IMG/VR virus record: IMGVR_UViG_3300017424_000002 | Span: 1-42,687 of that record | Source of the DNA: a virus | Length of the DNA: 42,687 nt | Reading direction: 5' to 3' (one strand) | Shown: positions 30,188-39,361 of the stretch, piece after piece | Layout of the letters: every line of letters begins with the position of its first letter | How positions within the stretch are numbered: position 1 is the first letter of the stretch | The notes under the pieces: generated by a model | Databases searched by the model: none | What the model was told of the DNA's origin: nothing | The model's input: the letters and a program-made list of their open reading frames with translations, nothing else | Made by a program: the position numbers and the translations under genes

Positions 30188-31605
30188 CGCGCACCTCCCA
30201 CATCATAATCCACATCCAGCCCCTGTGCATAACTCCACCGCGTGCCCGCCGCGATGCTGGTGGTGATCGCCATATACTTCCCCCGCGCCCTAAGCGGCAC
30301 GCGCCCGCTCTGCTGCATGACACCCGTGGATGTGGAGATATCCAGCGGCCCGCCCATTTGCTGTCGTGCGTCCACTGTGATCGTCACGCCCCCGATCGCG
30401 TCCGACATCGGCGTTATCGATCGCAGCCGCGCCACCAATGGATCAGCCAGTGCCTGCCAGCCCATCGTCAGCGTCGCCGGCAGGTTAGGTCCCGACAGCG
30501 CGCCGATACGGGACTGCCGGTCCACCACGTACAGGCGCGGATCACCGCCCTGAAAGCGTGGGTCGTCCAGCGAATAGGGCATCGTATCAATGTCGGGGTA
30601 CAGCTCCGCCACGCCTTCCAGTGACAAGCTGCTCTCATAGCCTGCGAACAGCCCCAGGAATGGGATTTCGATCGTGCTGGCGCGGTCGATGACCCAATTA
30701 TAGACCCAGATGCGCCCAGGCGTACCCGGCACGCCCCAGAATACCAGCGAGCGCTTGGGATCAATCGCCGCCCAAATCTTCTCGTAATCCTCCGGCGACA
30801 CCGAATCCCGAAAAGACTGGTCGAATTTCTCGTTACCCAGCGGCTTCAGCGCTTGCCCGTCTTCCAGCGCCATAAAGCCGCGATCGGACAGGAAGAAGAT
30901 CGTTCGGCCTGCCTGTGCGATCGAACCCGACGAAGCGCAGCCGAAATTAGGCGTAATCTCGTCAAAACTAAAAGGCGCTTCATCGTCTCCGGTCCTTTCC
31001 ATGCGGACCAGCCGGAACCGCTGGAGGATGACGCCATATTCCCCGCCGGCAATGCCCTTGATCTCACCGCCGGTCAACATCGGCTGGAACCCGGATTGAT
31101 CTTCGCCCGCAGTCCACTTGGTGTGATCGTTGAAGCCGGACCACTGCACGAGCAGTTTATTGCCGCCGGCCTGTGTGATGACGACGTAATCCCCGACCAC
31201 CGCCACGCCATTGGCAGGCGGGCAATCGGTCAGATCGGTGGCGGCACCGGAATTGAGATTGATCTGCTTGGTGTCCACGGCGTTAACCGCCACGACGAAA
31301 TCGCCGAATTGCGCAAACCGCCAGCGGTCGACCACTGACATGCCAACAAACAGATCGGTCCACCCGCCACCGCTGTAGCGGTGCAAACCGTTCGCACTGC
31401 CCGCGATCAGGTACGTCGTGCCATCGGTCGAGATGAACGCCGCGCCGCCACGGAATGCGGCCGGCAGGGGATCGCTGATGCTCGCTAGTGACTTGACCGG
31501 ACGATAGCCATCCTGTGCCGGTAGCACGTTGATGGCGCTGGTGAGGACGCCACGCGGTAGCTGGTCGGGCAGGTAGGCGGGAAAGGGGAGGCGTTTGGTG
31601 GCCAC
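30184..31605 (-). CDS. Tail tubular protein B / nozzle candidate (beta-propeller-like)
   Basis: 473 aa with a GTG start and repeated beta-strand-rich segments. Its position after the adaptor-like gene and before the internal virion proteins parallels T7-like gene order. Confidence 0.4.
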   Translation of the reverse strand: MATKRLPFPAYLPDQLPRGVLTSAINVLPAQDGYRPVKSLASISDPLPAAFRGGAAFISTDGTTYLIAGSANGLHRYSGGGWTDLFVGMSVVDRWRFAQFGDFVVAVNAVDTKQINLNSGAATDLTDCPPANGVAVVGDYVVITQAGGNKLLVQWSGFNDHTKWTAGEDQSGFQPMLTGGEIKGIAGGEYGVILQRFRLVRMERTGDDEAPFSFDEITPNFGCASSGSIAQAGRTIFFLSDRGFMALEDGQALKPLGNEKFDQSFRDSVSPEDYEKIWAAIDPKRSLVFWGVPGTPGRIWVYNWVIDRASTIEIPFLGLFAGYESSLSLEGVAELYPDIDTMPYSLDDPRFQGGDPRLYVVDRQSRIGALSGPNLPATLTMGWQALADPLVARLRSITPMSDAIGGVTITVDARQQMGGPLDISTSTGVMQQSGRVPLRARGKYMAITTSIAAGTRWSYAQGLDVDYDVGGAR

Positions 31606-31606
31606 C

Positions 31607-32263
31607 TTAAACCCTGGCCCCCCGGACCTGCTGAATCCCCCGCGGCGTCAACGGCGCCGAACCCCACCTCGCCTGCAGTGCAGCCTTCTTGATGGCATCC
31701 GTCAACGCAGAAACTTCCTGCGCCGCCTGCGCCATGCCATCAGCATCACGCTCGCGCCGTGCCAGATGATACAGCACACCCGCCACATACAGGTCGGGGT
31801 GTTTGCGCAGCAGCCAGTTGGACACATCAGCATCCGACAAGCCCATGATGCGCTGGTAATAGACCATCTCGACCGCGGCACGGCCAACCGGTCCCACCCG
31901 TAGCGAATTCCCTTCAATCGTATAGGCCACCGGGCATCCCGAACGCCCGTAATAGGTCTGAAGCATCCCGGCGGGCGACATCGACGCCAGCGGCTGGTCC
32001 GGCATCCCCTCCACGAAGATGAATCGCATCTCCAGGAAGTCAGCCGGCAGTGCGGTCAACTCGTCCGTGATGGTGAAGACGGTGCGCGTCTCCATGTCGG
32101 GCGTGCGCAACGTGCGGTTGAATTCCGCCTCCGCCTTGCGCAATGCCCGGTCGATGGCGTCTTGCGCATAGTCTGCGTCATCCATCATATCGCGGATTTC
32201 GGTTACCAGTTCCGAGTAAGAGGAAATGGCGCCGGGGGCATATGTCGGGATCGCGATGGACAT
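31607..32263 (-). CDS. Tail tubular protein A / head-tail adaptor candidate
   Basis: 218 aa. The call rests on position and size only. Confidence 0.35.
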   Translation of the reverse strand: MSIAIPTYAPGAISSYSELVTEIRDMMDDADYAQDAIDRALRKAEAEFNRTLRTPDMETRTVFTITDELTALPADFLEMRFIFVEGMPDQPLASMSPAGMLQTYYGRSGCPVAYTIEGNSLRVGPVGRAAVEMVYYQRIMGLSDADVSNWLLRKHPDLYVAGVLYHLARRERDADGMAQAAQEVSALTDAIKKAALQARWGSAPLTPRGIQQVRGARV

Positions 32264-33105
32264 TACGTGATCCTATAGACTGCAACAGGAATGCTGTACG
32301 TAGCACCAACGCCGAGCGCAGGCACGAAATAAGCAACCGTCACTTGGTTTGCGGCACTGGCGTAGACGTTGACTGCCTCACAGCCTGTGGTGGGCACGCC
32401 GGTAGGCACGAAGACCAGTCGATCGACTGTCGTGACGCCAGTTAGCGACAACGCCATCCGCTTCATACCAAGCGCCAGCGATATCAGCGTTGTCTCTGTT
32501 ACGGTGACGGTGCCGATAAGCTGGAGCCGTCCACTAGGCAGCGGGTGAACATGGTCCTCGCGCGCCGCGTTAGCGCTGGAGCCTGCGGATGCCGTGCCCA
32601 GCGCAGTGCCCGCCGCCGATCCTAGCGGCGTAGCAGTGGCATTCGATCCCGCAACACCGGGTGCGCCTTGCGGTCCTGTGGGGCCAGTGGCACCAGTAGC
32701 GCCTGTGTCACCCTTAGGCCCGGTTGCGCCTGCGGGGCCGGTGGCGCCGGTGAATCCGATATCTCCCTTAGCGCCAGTTGCCCCGGTGTCGCCTTTTACG
32801 CCCTGCGATCCCACCACCCCAGCGGCACCAGTGTCTCCTTTGGCACCCTGCCCTCCAGTTACGCCGGTATCACCCTTGACGCCCTGAATGCCTTGGGCAC
32901 CTGTATCGCCCTTTGGTCCGGTTGCCCCCGTTGCGCCTTGCGCCCCGGTATCGCCTTTCGGCCCCTGTGATCCCGCTGCCCCTACAGGCCCCGCCGGTCC
33001 GGTGTCGCCCTTCGCCCCAGGCAACCCCATCGGCCCCGCTGGCCCTTGCGCGCCAGCATCCCCCATGCTGCCTTTGAGTGGATATCCGGGAACCTTGACC
33101 GCCAT
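32263..33105 (-). CDS. Collagen-like triple-helix repeat protein with globular C-terminal domain
   Basis: 280 aa. More than 40 uninterrupted G-X-Y triplets are present ([43 protein letters not shown]...). Confidence 0.9.
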   Translation of the reverse strand: MAVKVPGYPLKGSMGDAGAQGPAGPMGLPGAKGDTGPAGPVGAAGSQGPKGDTGAQGATGATGPKGDTGAQGIQGVKGDTGVTGGQGAKGDTGAAGVVGSQGVKGDTGATGAKGDIGFTGATGPAGATGPKGDTGATGATGPTGPQGAPGVAGSNATATPLGSAAGTALGTASAGSSANAAREDHVHPLPSGRLQLIGTVTVTETTLISLALGMKRMALSLTGVTTVDRLVFVPTGVPTTGCEAVNVYASAANQVTVAYFVPALGVGATYSIPVAVYRIT

Positions 33106-33485
33106 TACGCGCCCGATCCGTAGATTAGCACGAACCGCGTGCGCTTGCCCTCGTACAGCCAGCCGCCGCTGGAGGTGAAGATCGGAAAACCCGGCTCATC
33201 ATCCGCTACCGCCGCCACCCACTGCGGCATCTGCGTGCGACCCAGATAAGCCTCGCCGGGGTGCAGATAGTGCCCGTTTTCCTTGACGTTGGGCATATCC
33301 GTTTCCAGCCCGCGCCAGCCTGCGAACCACATATGGAACGGGTTGGGATTGCGCACGATGAAACTGGTGATGCCCTGCCCAGTCATCGACGGCACCGCAA
33401 CTGGCTTCGCCGTCGGCCCGACGGGGCCGATCACCGGCCGCACATTCAGGTTGCGGCGGAACGGCTGGATAAGGGAATCGACCAT
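33105..33485 (-). CDS. Hypothetical virion-module protein
   Basis: 126 aa from the internal ATG ([12 protein letters not shown]...), which overlaps the upstream TAA by 1 nt. Confidence 0.5.
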   Translation of the reverse strand: MVDSLIQPFRRNLNVRPVIGPVGPTAKPVAVPSMTGQGITSFIVRNPNPFHMWFAGWRGLETDMPNVKENGHYLHPGEAYLGRTQMPQWVAAVADDEPGFPIFTSSGGWLYEGKRTRFVLIYGSGA

Positions 33486-33793
33486 TATTGCTTCACCCAT
33501 CCGCTGTCGGAGGCAACCTCGCCGTTCTGATACATCAGCGTCCGCACCCATGTTCCGCCGTTTTTGACGGTCTGCGTCTGCAGGTTGCCACTGCTGTCAT
33601 AGGTATTGGTGACGCCGCGATAGGTCGGCACGATGCCGCCACCCGTATCGAGGTCAACAACAGTTGTGAAAAGCACGCTGTCATCGCCGCTGCTGACGAT
33701 CAACCGTCCGCGCTGGTCTACCTGCGGCGGCACCTGCTGGCCGTCCGTCAGCCATGGCAGCAATCTGGTGAATATGCCGATGCCAGTTGCCAC
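33485..33793 (-). CDS. Hypothetical virion-module protein
   Basis: 102 aa with a GTG start after SD AAGGGA. Confidence 0.5.
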   Translation of the reverse strand: MATGIGIFTRLLPWLTDGQQVPPQVDQRGRLIVSSGDDSVLFTTVVDLDTGGGIVPTYRGVTNTYDSSGNLQTQTVKNGGTWVRTLMYQNGEVASDSGWVKQ

Positions 33794-33807
33794 GTCACGT
33801 CCCTTGA

Positions 33808-34131
33808 TTAGATGATGAATTCTCGCACGCGAAGATAGCGGTATTCATCAGAATTTAGAAGGCGTTTCACACCTTCTTTGTGGTTCGGGTTGAAGTATTC
33901 GATGCCGTGCTTGGTGATCCATTCCATCAGAACCACATTGGGGATACTTGCCGCGTGCCACATATCACTGCGGCGGTCCCAAGACTCTGCCTGGGCTTCC
34001 TTGTTTGCGTCCAACAAGGGCGACACGTCTTGCTCATACCTGATGCGCCACGTGTCGCCCTCATCGTCTGACGAGAACCATTCCTTCATGCCCGTTGCCG
34101 GGTCATAGCTCAGAAGCTTCTCGTCAGCCAT
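33808..34131 (-). CDS. Hypothetical virion-module protein
   Basis: 107 aa with somewhat lower GC than its neighbours. Confidence 0.55.
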   Translation of the reverse strand: MADEKLLSYDPATGMKEWFSSDDEGDTWRIRYEQDVSPLLDANKEAQAESWDRRSDMWHAASIPNVVLMEWITKHGIEYFNPNHKEGVKRLLNSDEYRYLRVREFII

Positions 34132-34132
34132 G

Positions 34133-34672
34133 TTATCGAACCTGCCCGTTGTCGCGCAGGGTCTTCGCGGTGTCCTTGTCGACCTTCATCGACTGACCCC
34201 GGCCGATGGTGCGCCCGTCGCCCACGTGGACGGCGGCGGGGAGGTCGTCGGCACCGGTGACTTCCACCATGTCGGACTCATCGCGGGTGACGCGCGACTC
34301 GCGCCCCTTGTCATCCGTCTCCACCACCAGATCGGCGTCCGGATTGGACCGCTGACCATGCGGGTTCGGGTTGGCGTCGGTGGGCGAGAGCGGATGTTCC
34401 ACGACGGTTTCGCCGGCCACGTAGTCCGCCACATCGCGCGTCTCCTCCGTCTCGATCCCCAACGCCGCCGCCATCTTGCCGGCCTCGGACGGACTGGCAT
34501 ACTGGTCGGCAGGCTTCACCGGCTCGCCAAGCGGGTTGGCCGGGGGGAGGTCGCGCACACCGGGTGCAACATCACCGGACTCCTTCGTCTCCGGCAAATC
34601 CTTGCCCTGCGTGTTGGTTTCGAGGACGGTGTTATCGTCGCTCTGCGTGGTATCCTTGCGGGTTCGTCCCAT
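34133..34672 (-). CDS. Hypothetical acidic protein downstream of the capsid gene (decoration protein candidate)
   Basis: 179 aa with SD AGGAG. The sequence is Asp/Glu/Pro-rich. Confidence 0.5.
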   Translation of the reverse strand: MGRTRKDTTQSDDNTVLETNTQGKDLPETKESGDVAPGVRDLPPANPLGEPVKPADQYASPSEAGKMAAALGIETEETRDVADYVAGETVVEHPLSPTDANPNPHGQRSNPDADLVVETDDKGRESRVTRDESDMVEVTGADDLPAAVHVGDGRTIGRGQSMKVDKDTAKTLRDNGQVR

Positions 34673-34684
34673 GTCATTAACTCC

Positions 34685-34719
34685 TAAAAGTGGCCCGCCC
34701 CATTAACGCGGGACGGGCC
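34685..34719 (-). terminator. Stem-loop with short T-run downstream of the major capsid gene (attenuator/terminator candidate)
   Basis: On the minus strand, GGCCCGTCCC-gcgttaat-GGGGCGGGCC forms 10 bp including one G-U pair. It is followed by ACTTTTAGGAG. The T-run is only 4 nt and merges with the next SD. Confidence 0.45.
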
Positions 34720-34728
34720 TTACAGGGT

Positions 34729-35691
34729 TCAGGTGAGGTCCGCGATCACCGCGTTGCCCGCGTCGTTACGGCATACCAAAGTTTCCTCCGAGTACATCGC
34801 ATCACGATCGGCAAGGCCGGTCACCGCCAGCTTGCGCTTCTGGAGCGGATCAAGCGTGCGGATCGCCCACAGTTCGGGATCGATGATGAGCGCATCCCGG
34901 CTGGAGCAAAAGCGGTCCGGTACGAACTGAAGTTCACCCACGTCCGACACGTACACATCGGCGCCCGCCACGATGGTCAGGCGCTTGTTGCCCGTCTCGC
35001 GACGCTGCTGCGCCAGACCAGAGAAGGTCGCCGCCACCTGCTTCTGCGCAAGCGACGTGATGACCAGCGTGGGTTCGCCGCCAGCGTTCCAGGCCGATGC
35101 GATCGCCGCCTTCAGCAGCGCCTCGGTATAGGCCCGCTGCGTGCCGTTGGTGGCCGGTGCGTTCGGGTAGCCCTGCGTGGTGCCCGACAGCGTCGGATTG
35201 ACGCCACCGGCGCCGCGGCTGGCATTGGTGCGAATGAACGCCAGCGCGCCCGCAGCTTCACCAGCAACGGTGGACGACGGCGGCACGGCTGCGAAGTTGC
35301 CGGTATACCGGGCTTCACGATCGCGCTTCCATTCCTTGCCGGCCTTGGCGATCTGATAGGCGTGTTCGTTAGCGCGCCCTGCGGCCTTCACCGCCTGCTG
35401 CGTGGTCGAGGTGCCGACAACCTTGGTGAAAATCTGGGTATAGTTACCCAGACGGGTCGTTGCCGGACGGTTCTCGTTGCTCAGGTCATCGCCCTGCACC
35501 GCCTTGTTCTGCGGGTTGGCCGACACCAGCGCATCCGTCTGCCACTCGGTATAGACCGCTTCGGCCTTCTCACGACCGATGGCGGTCACGAACGGAGTCT
35601 CGGTCGGGCTGATGTTGCTGATGAGGTCGGACAGGTCTTCGCGGTTGCCGACCCGGCTCATGGTCTGGATGGTATTCGATGGAACTGCCAT
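34729..35691 (-). CDS. Major capsid protein (HK97 fold, DUF5309/SU10-type)
   Basis: 320 aa. The N-terminal signature is NREDLSDLISNISPTETPFVTAIGREKAEAVYTEWQTDAL. It sits after the scaffold gene and has very strong codon bias. Confidence 0.82.
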   Translation of the reverse strand: MAVPSNTIQTMSRVGNREDLSDLISNISPTETPFVTAIGREKAEAVYTEWQTDALVSANPQNKAVQGDDLSNENRPATTRLGNYTQIFTKVVGTSTTQQAVKAAGRANEHAYQIAKAGKEWKRDREARYTGNFAAVPPSSTVAGEAAGALAFIRTNASRGAGGVNPTLSGTTQGYPNAPATNGTQRAYTEALLKAAIASAWNAGGEPTLVITSLAQKQVAATFSGLAQQRRETGNKRLTIVAGADVYVSDVGELQFVPDRFCSSRDALIIDPELWAIRTLDPLQKRKLAVTGLADRDAMYSEETLVCRNDAGNAVIADLT

Positions 35692-35712
35692 TGTTCTGAT
35701 CCACTTGGGGAG

Positions 35713-35747
35713 GGCCTACTGTCATCACGACGTTGGCGCAGTAGGCC
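35713..35747 (-). other. Perfect 9-bp stem-loop between the scaffold and capsid genes
   Basis: GGCCTACTG pairs with CAGTAGGCC around a 17-nt loop. There is no T-run. Confidence 0.5.
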
Positions 35748-35748
35748 G

Positions 35749-36723
35749 TTACAAACCTAAGCGAGCAATTGCGGCAGCGGCGTCCTTCACGTCGCCACTC
35801 TGCCTCAATCGATCGCGCGACTCACGATAACCCCGACCTTCCGCGCTGCTAGGCTGGGCTGCGTTGGGCTTGGTGGTCTTCGTCTTCTTGCCGTCTCGCA
35901 CGCGCTGCATGTTACGGGCTGTGGCGGCATCGTACTTGTCCGCCTTTTCCCGCAACGTCGCGATTTCACGAAGCGCCTTCAGTTCCCCTGCCGACGCATG
36001 GCCGATCTGGGACATATCCAGCCCGAGTTTCTTGCCTTCGCCGATCGCCTTGCTGAAGAACTCCTCCCGCGTCGCCTCATTGGCCACTTCGGGAATCGCC
36101 ATCAGTTCGCGGTCGCGCTGGGCCACCTCGGCTTCGCTCATCGCGGTTTCGGCTTCTCCGCCGAGAGACTGCACCTGCTGCATGAACTCGTCATGCTGGG
36201 CCTTTGCAGCCTGATACTGCGCCTGCTGGGCAATGAAAGCCTGCGGGTTGGTATACGCCAGTTCGGGATCGGGCGCCGTGGGAGCAAGGTTGTCCCCGAA
36301 CGCCTTCAACTGCTGGGCATACTTCGCCTTGGCTTCTGCGTCGGCACGGGCTGCGCTGGCTTCCGCCGTGCGCTGGGCTTCCGCTGCCTTCGTGGTCGCG
36401 GTCTGGACCTGTACGGCGCGACGCGCCTCCAGGTCGGCTACATACCGCTGGGACTTTGGGTCCAAATCGGCAAACGCAGCCTTTTCCTCCGCCGTCAGAC
36501 TGACGGGTGCGTCGATGGCCGTTTCCGGTTCGTCGTCTCCGTCATCCTGTTCTTCGTCGTCGTCGGCTTGGTCATTATCGTCCTCGCCGTCGTCTTCAGA
36601 ATCCTCATCACCTTGCGGCTCTGCGTCATCCGCGAACTCGTCAAGGTTCAAACCGCTAATTGCTGCCGCTGCACTGTCGAGGTCATCAACGGTGTCGGTA
36701 GCTTCTGTATCCAGATGGGCCAC
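35749..36723 (-). CDS. Scaffolding protein
   Basis: 324 aa with a GTG start after SD AGGAG. It has an extremely acidic N-terminus (DEDSEDDGEDDNDQADDDEEQDDGDDE) and an Ala/Gln/Glu-rich helical body. It lies between the portal and capsid genes. Confidence 0.6.
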   Translation of the reverse strand: MAHLDTEATDTVDDLDSAAAAISGLNLDEFADDAEPQGDEDSEDDGEDDNDQADDDEEQDDGDDEPETAIDAPVSLTAEEKAAFADLDPKSQRYVADLEARRAVQVQTATTKAAEAQRTAEASAARADAEAKAKYAQQLKAFGDNLAPTAPDPELAYTNPQAFIAQQAQYQAAKAQHDEFMQQVQSLGGEAETAMSEAEVAQRDRELMAIPEVANEATREEFFSKAIGEGKKLGLDMSQIGHASAGELKALREIATLREKADKYDAATARNMQRVRDGKKTKTTKPNAAQPSSAEGRGYRESRDRLRQSGDVKDAAAAIARLGL

Positions 36724-36754
36724 TTCACACTCCTATGCCCCGTGGGGCGGCTAA

Positions 36755-37111
36755 TTACCGATAACGCCCCACATTAGCGACGCGCTCGGTATGTTCCTTC
36801 TCTTTAGCACGAATATTGCCAGTATCAATGACCGCGCGCACCTTGCCTTCGATTTCCCGCGCGATCTTGTCCGCCATGCCAAGCGCGAGCAAATTGTCGC
36901 GCTCGCCGGGGTTCAACTGGCCAACTTTGGCGAAGTAATCGGCACGCAGGGACGCGATCATATCGTACAGCCCGCCTTCTTCTTCCGCGAACGCCTGCCA
37001 CCGCTGTCCGCGCGCAATGGCGTCTGCGCCGTTGTTGACGCGGGTGTATTCGCGGGGGGCATCGGTGCGGGTGTAGCCGAAGCGGGCCAAGAGGCGGTCA
37101 AGCAGGTGCAT
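36755..37111 (-). CDS. Hypothetical protein
   Basis: 118 aa between the portal and scaffold genes. Confidence 0.55.
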   Translation of the reverse strand: MHLLDRLLARFGYTRTDAPREYTRVNNGADAIARGQRWQAFAEEEGGLYDMIASLRADYFAKVGQLNPGERDNLLALGMADKIAREIEGKVRAVIDTGNIRAKEKEHTERVANVGRYR

Positions 37112-37268
37112 CAGCGGCTTCCTCCGCCTTCATCAATTCAAGAACTTTATCGGCGGCTTCTTCGGCGGTTGTGAATGCCCAAGAAAGGCTCTGCTGCCCC
37201 AACTGGCGATGATCGCTTTGATAAACGACATATCCAATGATGCAAGTATCTATTCGATAGCTGTTCAT
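37098..37268 (-). CDS. Small hypothetical protein
   Basis: 56 aa, below the track cutoff: MNSYRIDTCIIGYVVYQSDHRQLGQQSLSWAFTTAEEAADKVLELMKAEEAADAPA. The ATG overlaps the portal stop (ATGA). Confidence 0.45.
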   Translation of the reverse strand: MNSYRIDTCIIGYVVYQSDHRQLGQQSLSWAFTTAEEAADKVLELMKAEEAADAPA

Positions 37269-39361
37269 TTATCCAAATCCCCACCTTCGCGGTTCTTCCC
37301 GATTGCCGCATCTGTATCAGCTTTCTTGCTGATGGCATACGCCTTGACCTCAGCTTCCTTATCGGTGCGATAGATGGCCAATGCGGCTTCGTCATCGGCA
37401 CGCTCACGGGCAAGTTGCGCATCAAGACGGGCCTGCTCCCGCTTCTGTTCCATCTCAAGTGCATGACGCTCGCGTAGAGCCTCAATATTAGCAGAAGCTT
37501 CGTCACGCTTCAGCTGAAGCGTGGCATCGGCCTTGCGCTGCTCAAACTGGAATGCGCGCTCCTCCCTGTCTTGTTCTGCCTGCATTGCGAGCATCTCAGG
37601 ATCAGGCCGCTCTTGCTCTGGCTGTTCACCGGGTGCCAGCGGCGCATCAGGATCGGTCCAGAAGTCATCCCCCTGCCCAATCCCCAAGTCACGCACCAGC
37701 CCATCCACGGCATGGAACAGATGCTTGGGCTTCACCTGCCCATTCGCAAAGCCCTCCGCCAAAATCGGCGCCAGTGCCATGCGCGCCTGCACGCGCTTGT
37801 CCTTACTGCCGGTGCCAAGCCCCACCCGGATAGCAAGGTTCACGTCCTCGGGCCACTGCGTCGGATCAACCTCGCGATATTGCCCGTCAACCTTGATCTT
37901 GAACGGCTCGCCCTCGCGCCGCATGAGCCGGTATTTCTTCGCCATCAGGCGGCTAAACGCCTCCGCGAAGTTGCGGGCGATGAACTCCTCCTGCTGCTGG
38001 CCCTGCGCCTGCATCATGGCCGTGCCGGTCGCGGTCTTGTTGAGCGCGTCGGCATCCAGCCCCTGGTTCAGCCGCGTAATGCCGGTGCGGCTCTCGCGCT
38101 CGCCCGTCATCCACTCCATGACGGTCAGCGACTTGCCCACGTCGAAGTTGGTCACATACGGCACCACCGCACCAACATCGGACACCCGGATCGGCGCGCC
38201 GGCAATGGGCGACAGCAGATCGTCGATGGTGTTCTCAGACATACCCCGCTCGGACACCACCGGTCGCGGCAGGTTCGCCTGATACATCCCATCGAACAGC
38301 TGCCGCGCCACGGTGGAACGGGCAAGCTGAATGTCCATCACCTTGTCGGCCAGCGAATAGCCGATCATGCGATTAGGGCGAGGGAACGGACAGAACACCG
38401 AGAACGGCTGTTCGTCCACCGTCTCCACCGCCAGTTCGCCATCCGCCCAGCGCAGGATATCGTTCTCGACCCGGAATATCTTCACCCGCTCCGCGATGCC
38501 GTCGCCATCCAGATCGATCCGCGCGTATTCCTCACGCAACTCCACCATCTGGAGTGCAGGCGTGCTTTCCGGGTCTGGCTCCCACTGAGTGTCGGTATCG
38601 CCTCGCTCGTACGGCATTCCGGTGTAGACCGGCAGCGCGTAGACCTGTTCACGGTCAAACCCCATATCGACCAGATCGGAACGGGTCTTGGCCGCAACGT
38701 GCGCGAGATAGTCCGACTCGTCCTCATGCCGGGCGCGCGCCGAATAGCGGAATTCCTCGGCCGGGATGGTCTGGTCGACGAAGCGCTTCTTTGTCACCTC
38801 CGCCTTCAGTGACAGCGTGTAGCTGCCGTCCTCGTTCGCTTCCGCGTCCTCTACCTCGCCCTCGAACCCCTCAAGTTCGACGGGATCGGCAATGGTGACG
38901 CGCTCCCGCATCACCTTTTCCTCCGTCACCATCGTGGTCTTGGTGACGCCGTATTTCTCCAGCAGCCCGCACGTCAGCCAGTCATGCAGCACGCGGTAGC
39001 CGTCCTGATCGCGCATGAAGCTGTAGCCGATCGCGGACGTGGCCTCGTCCGCAAGCTCCTCGTCCGCTTCGTCCGTCGCCTCGAACTCTACGACACGATC
39101 TCCACTGACGAACGTACGAAGTACACTAGGCACCATGTAGTCGATCGTCTCCTGCACATCGGGAAGGATGATCTGCGAACGTCCCTCCACCTCATTCCCA
39201 AACGGCCGCGCCTCATAGAAACGCCGCGACATCTCCTGGAAGTGCCGCACCCGATCCCACTCGGAATCCGCGCTCTCCGCTTCCCGGCGCAGTGCGTCCA
39301 CGAGTTCGTCCAAGTCGATGCCATGCTCTGCTTCCATTTGATCGGGATCATGCAGGGCCAT
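37265..39361 (-). CDS. Portal protein (long, P22-type with C-terminal helical extension)
   Basis: 698 aa from the ATG in TTGATG, immediately downstream of TerL. The C-terminal region of about 120 aa is charged and helical (EQDREERAFQFEQRKADATLQLKRDEASANIEALRERHALEMEQKREQARLDAQ). Confidence 0.82.
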   Translation of the reverse strand: MALHDPDQMEAEHGIDLDELVDALRREAESADSEWDRVRHFQEMSRRFYEARPFGNEVEGRSQIILPDVQETIDYMVPSVLRTFVSGDRVVEFEATDEADEELADEATSAIGYSFMRDQDGYRVLHDWLTCGLLEKYGVTKTTMVTEEKVMRERVTIADPVELEGFEGEVEDAEANEDGSYTLSLKAEVTKKRFVDQTIPAEEFRYSARARHEDESDYLAHVAAKTRSDLVDMGFDREQVYALPVYTGMPYERGDTDTQWEPDPESTPALQMVELREEYARIDLDGDGIAERVKIFRVENDILRWADGELAVETVDEQPFSVFCPFPRPNRMIGYSLADKVMDIQLARSTVARQLFDGMYQANLPRPVVSERGMSENTIDDLLSPIAGAPIRVSDVGAVVPYVTNFDVGKSLTVMEWMTGERESRTGITRLNQGLDADALNKTATGTAMMQAQGQQQEEFIARNFAEAFSRLMAKKYRLMRREGEPFKIKVDGQYREVDPTQWPEDVNLAIRVGLGTGSKDKRVQARMALAPILAEGFANGQVKPKHLFHAVDGLVRDLGIGQGDDFWTDPDAPLAPGEQPEQERPDPEMLAMQAEQDREERAFQFEQRKADATLQLKRDEASANIEALRERHALEMEQKREQARLDAQLARERADDEAALAIYRTDKEAEVKAYAISKKADTDAAIGKNREGGDLDK

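Noticed and set aside
32594-33178. Three plus-strand Pro-rich ORFs (about 96-100 aa) and the periodic 9-bp repeat pattern. These were considered as a possible CRISPR-like or satellite array.
   Set aside because: The periodicity is that of G-X-Y collagen codons in the minus-strand gene. There are no spacer-repeat units of CRISPR size and no cas genes. The plus-strand ORFs are shadows of the repeat.
34690-35760. 356-aa plus-strand ORF covering the whole major capsid gene on the opposite strand. Similar long ORFs occur at 37571..38812 (413 aa) opposite the portal, 23866..24873 (335 aa) opposite the tailspike, 14284..14982 (232 aa), 1484..2209 (241 aa) and 35998..36777 (259 aa).
   Set aside because: These are shadow ORFs typical of GC-rich DNA. 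They are Arg/Gly/His/Leu-rich low-complexity translations with no SD, and each lies exactly antisense to a gene with clear motifs and strong third-position GC bias.
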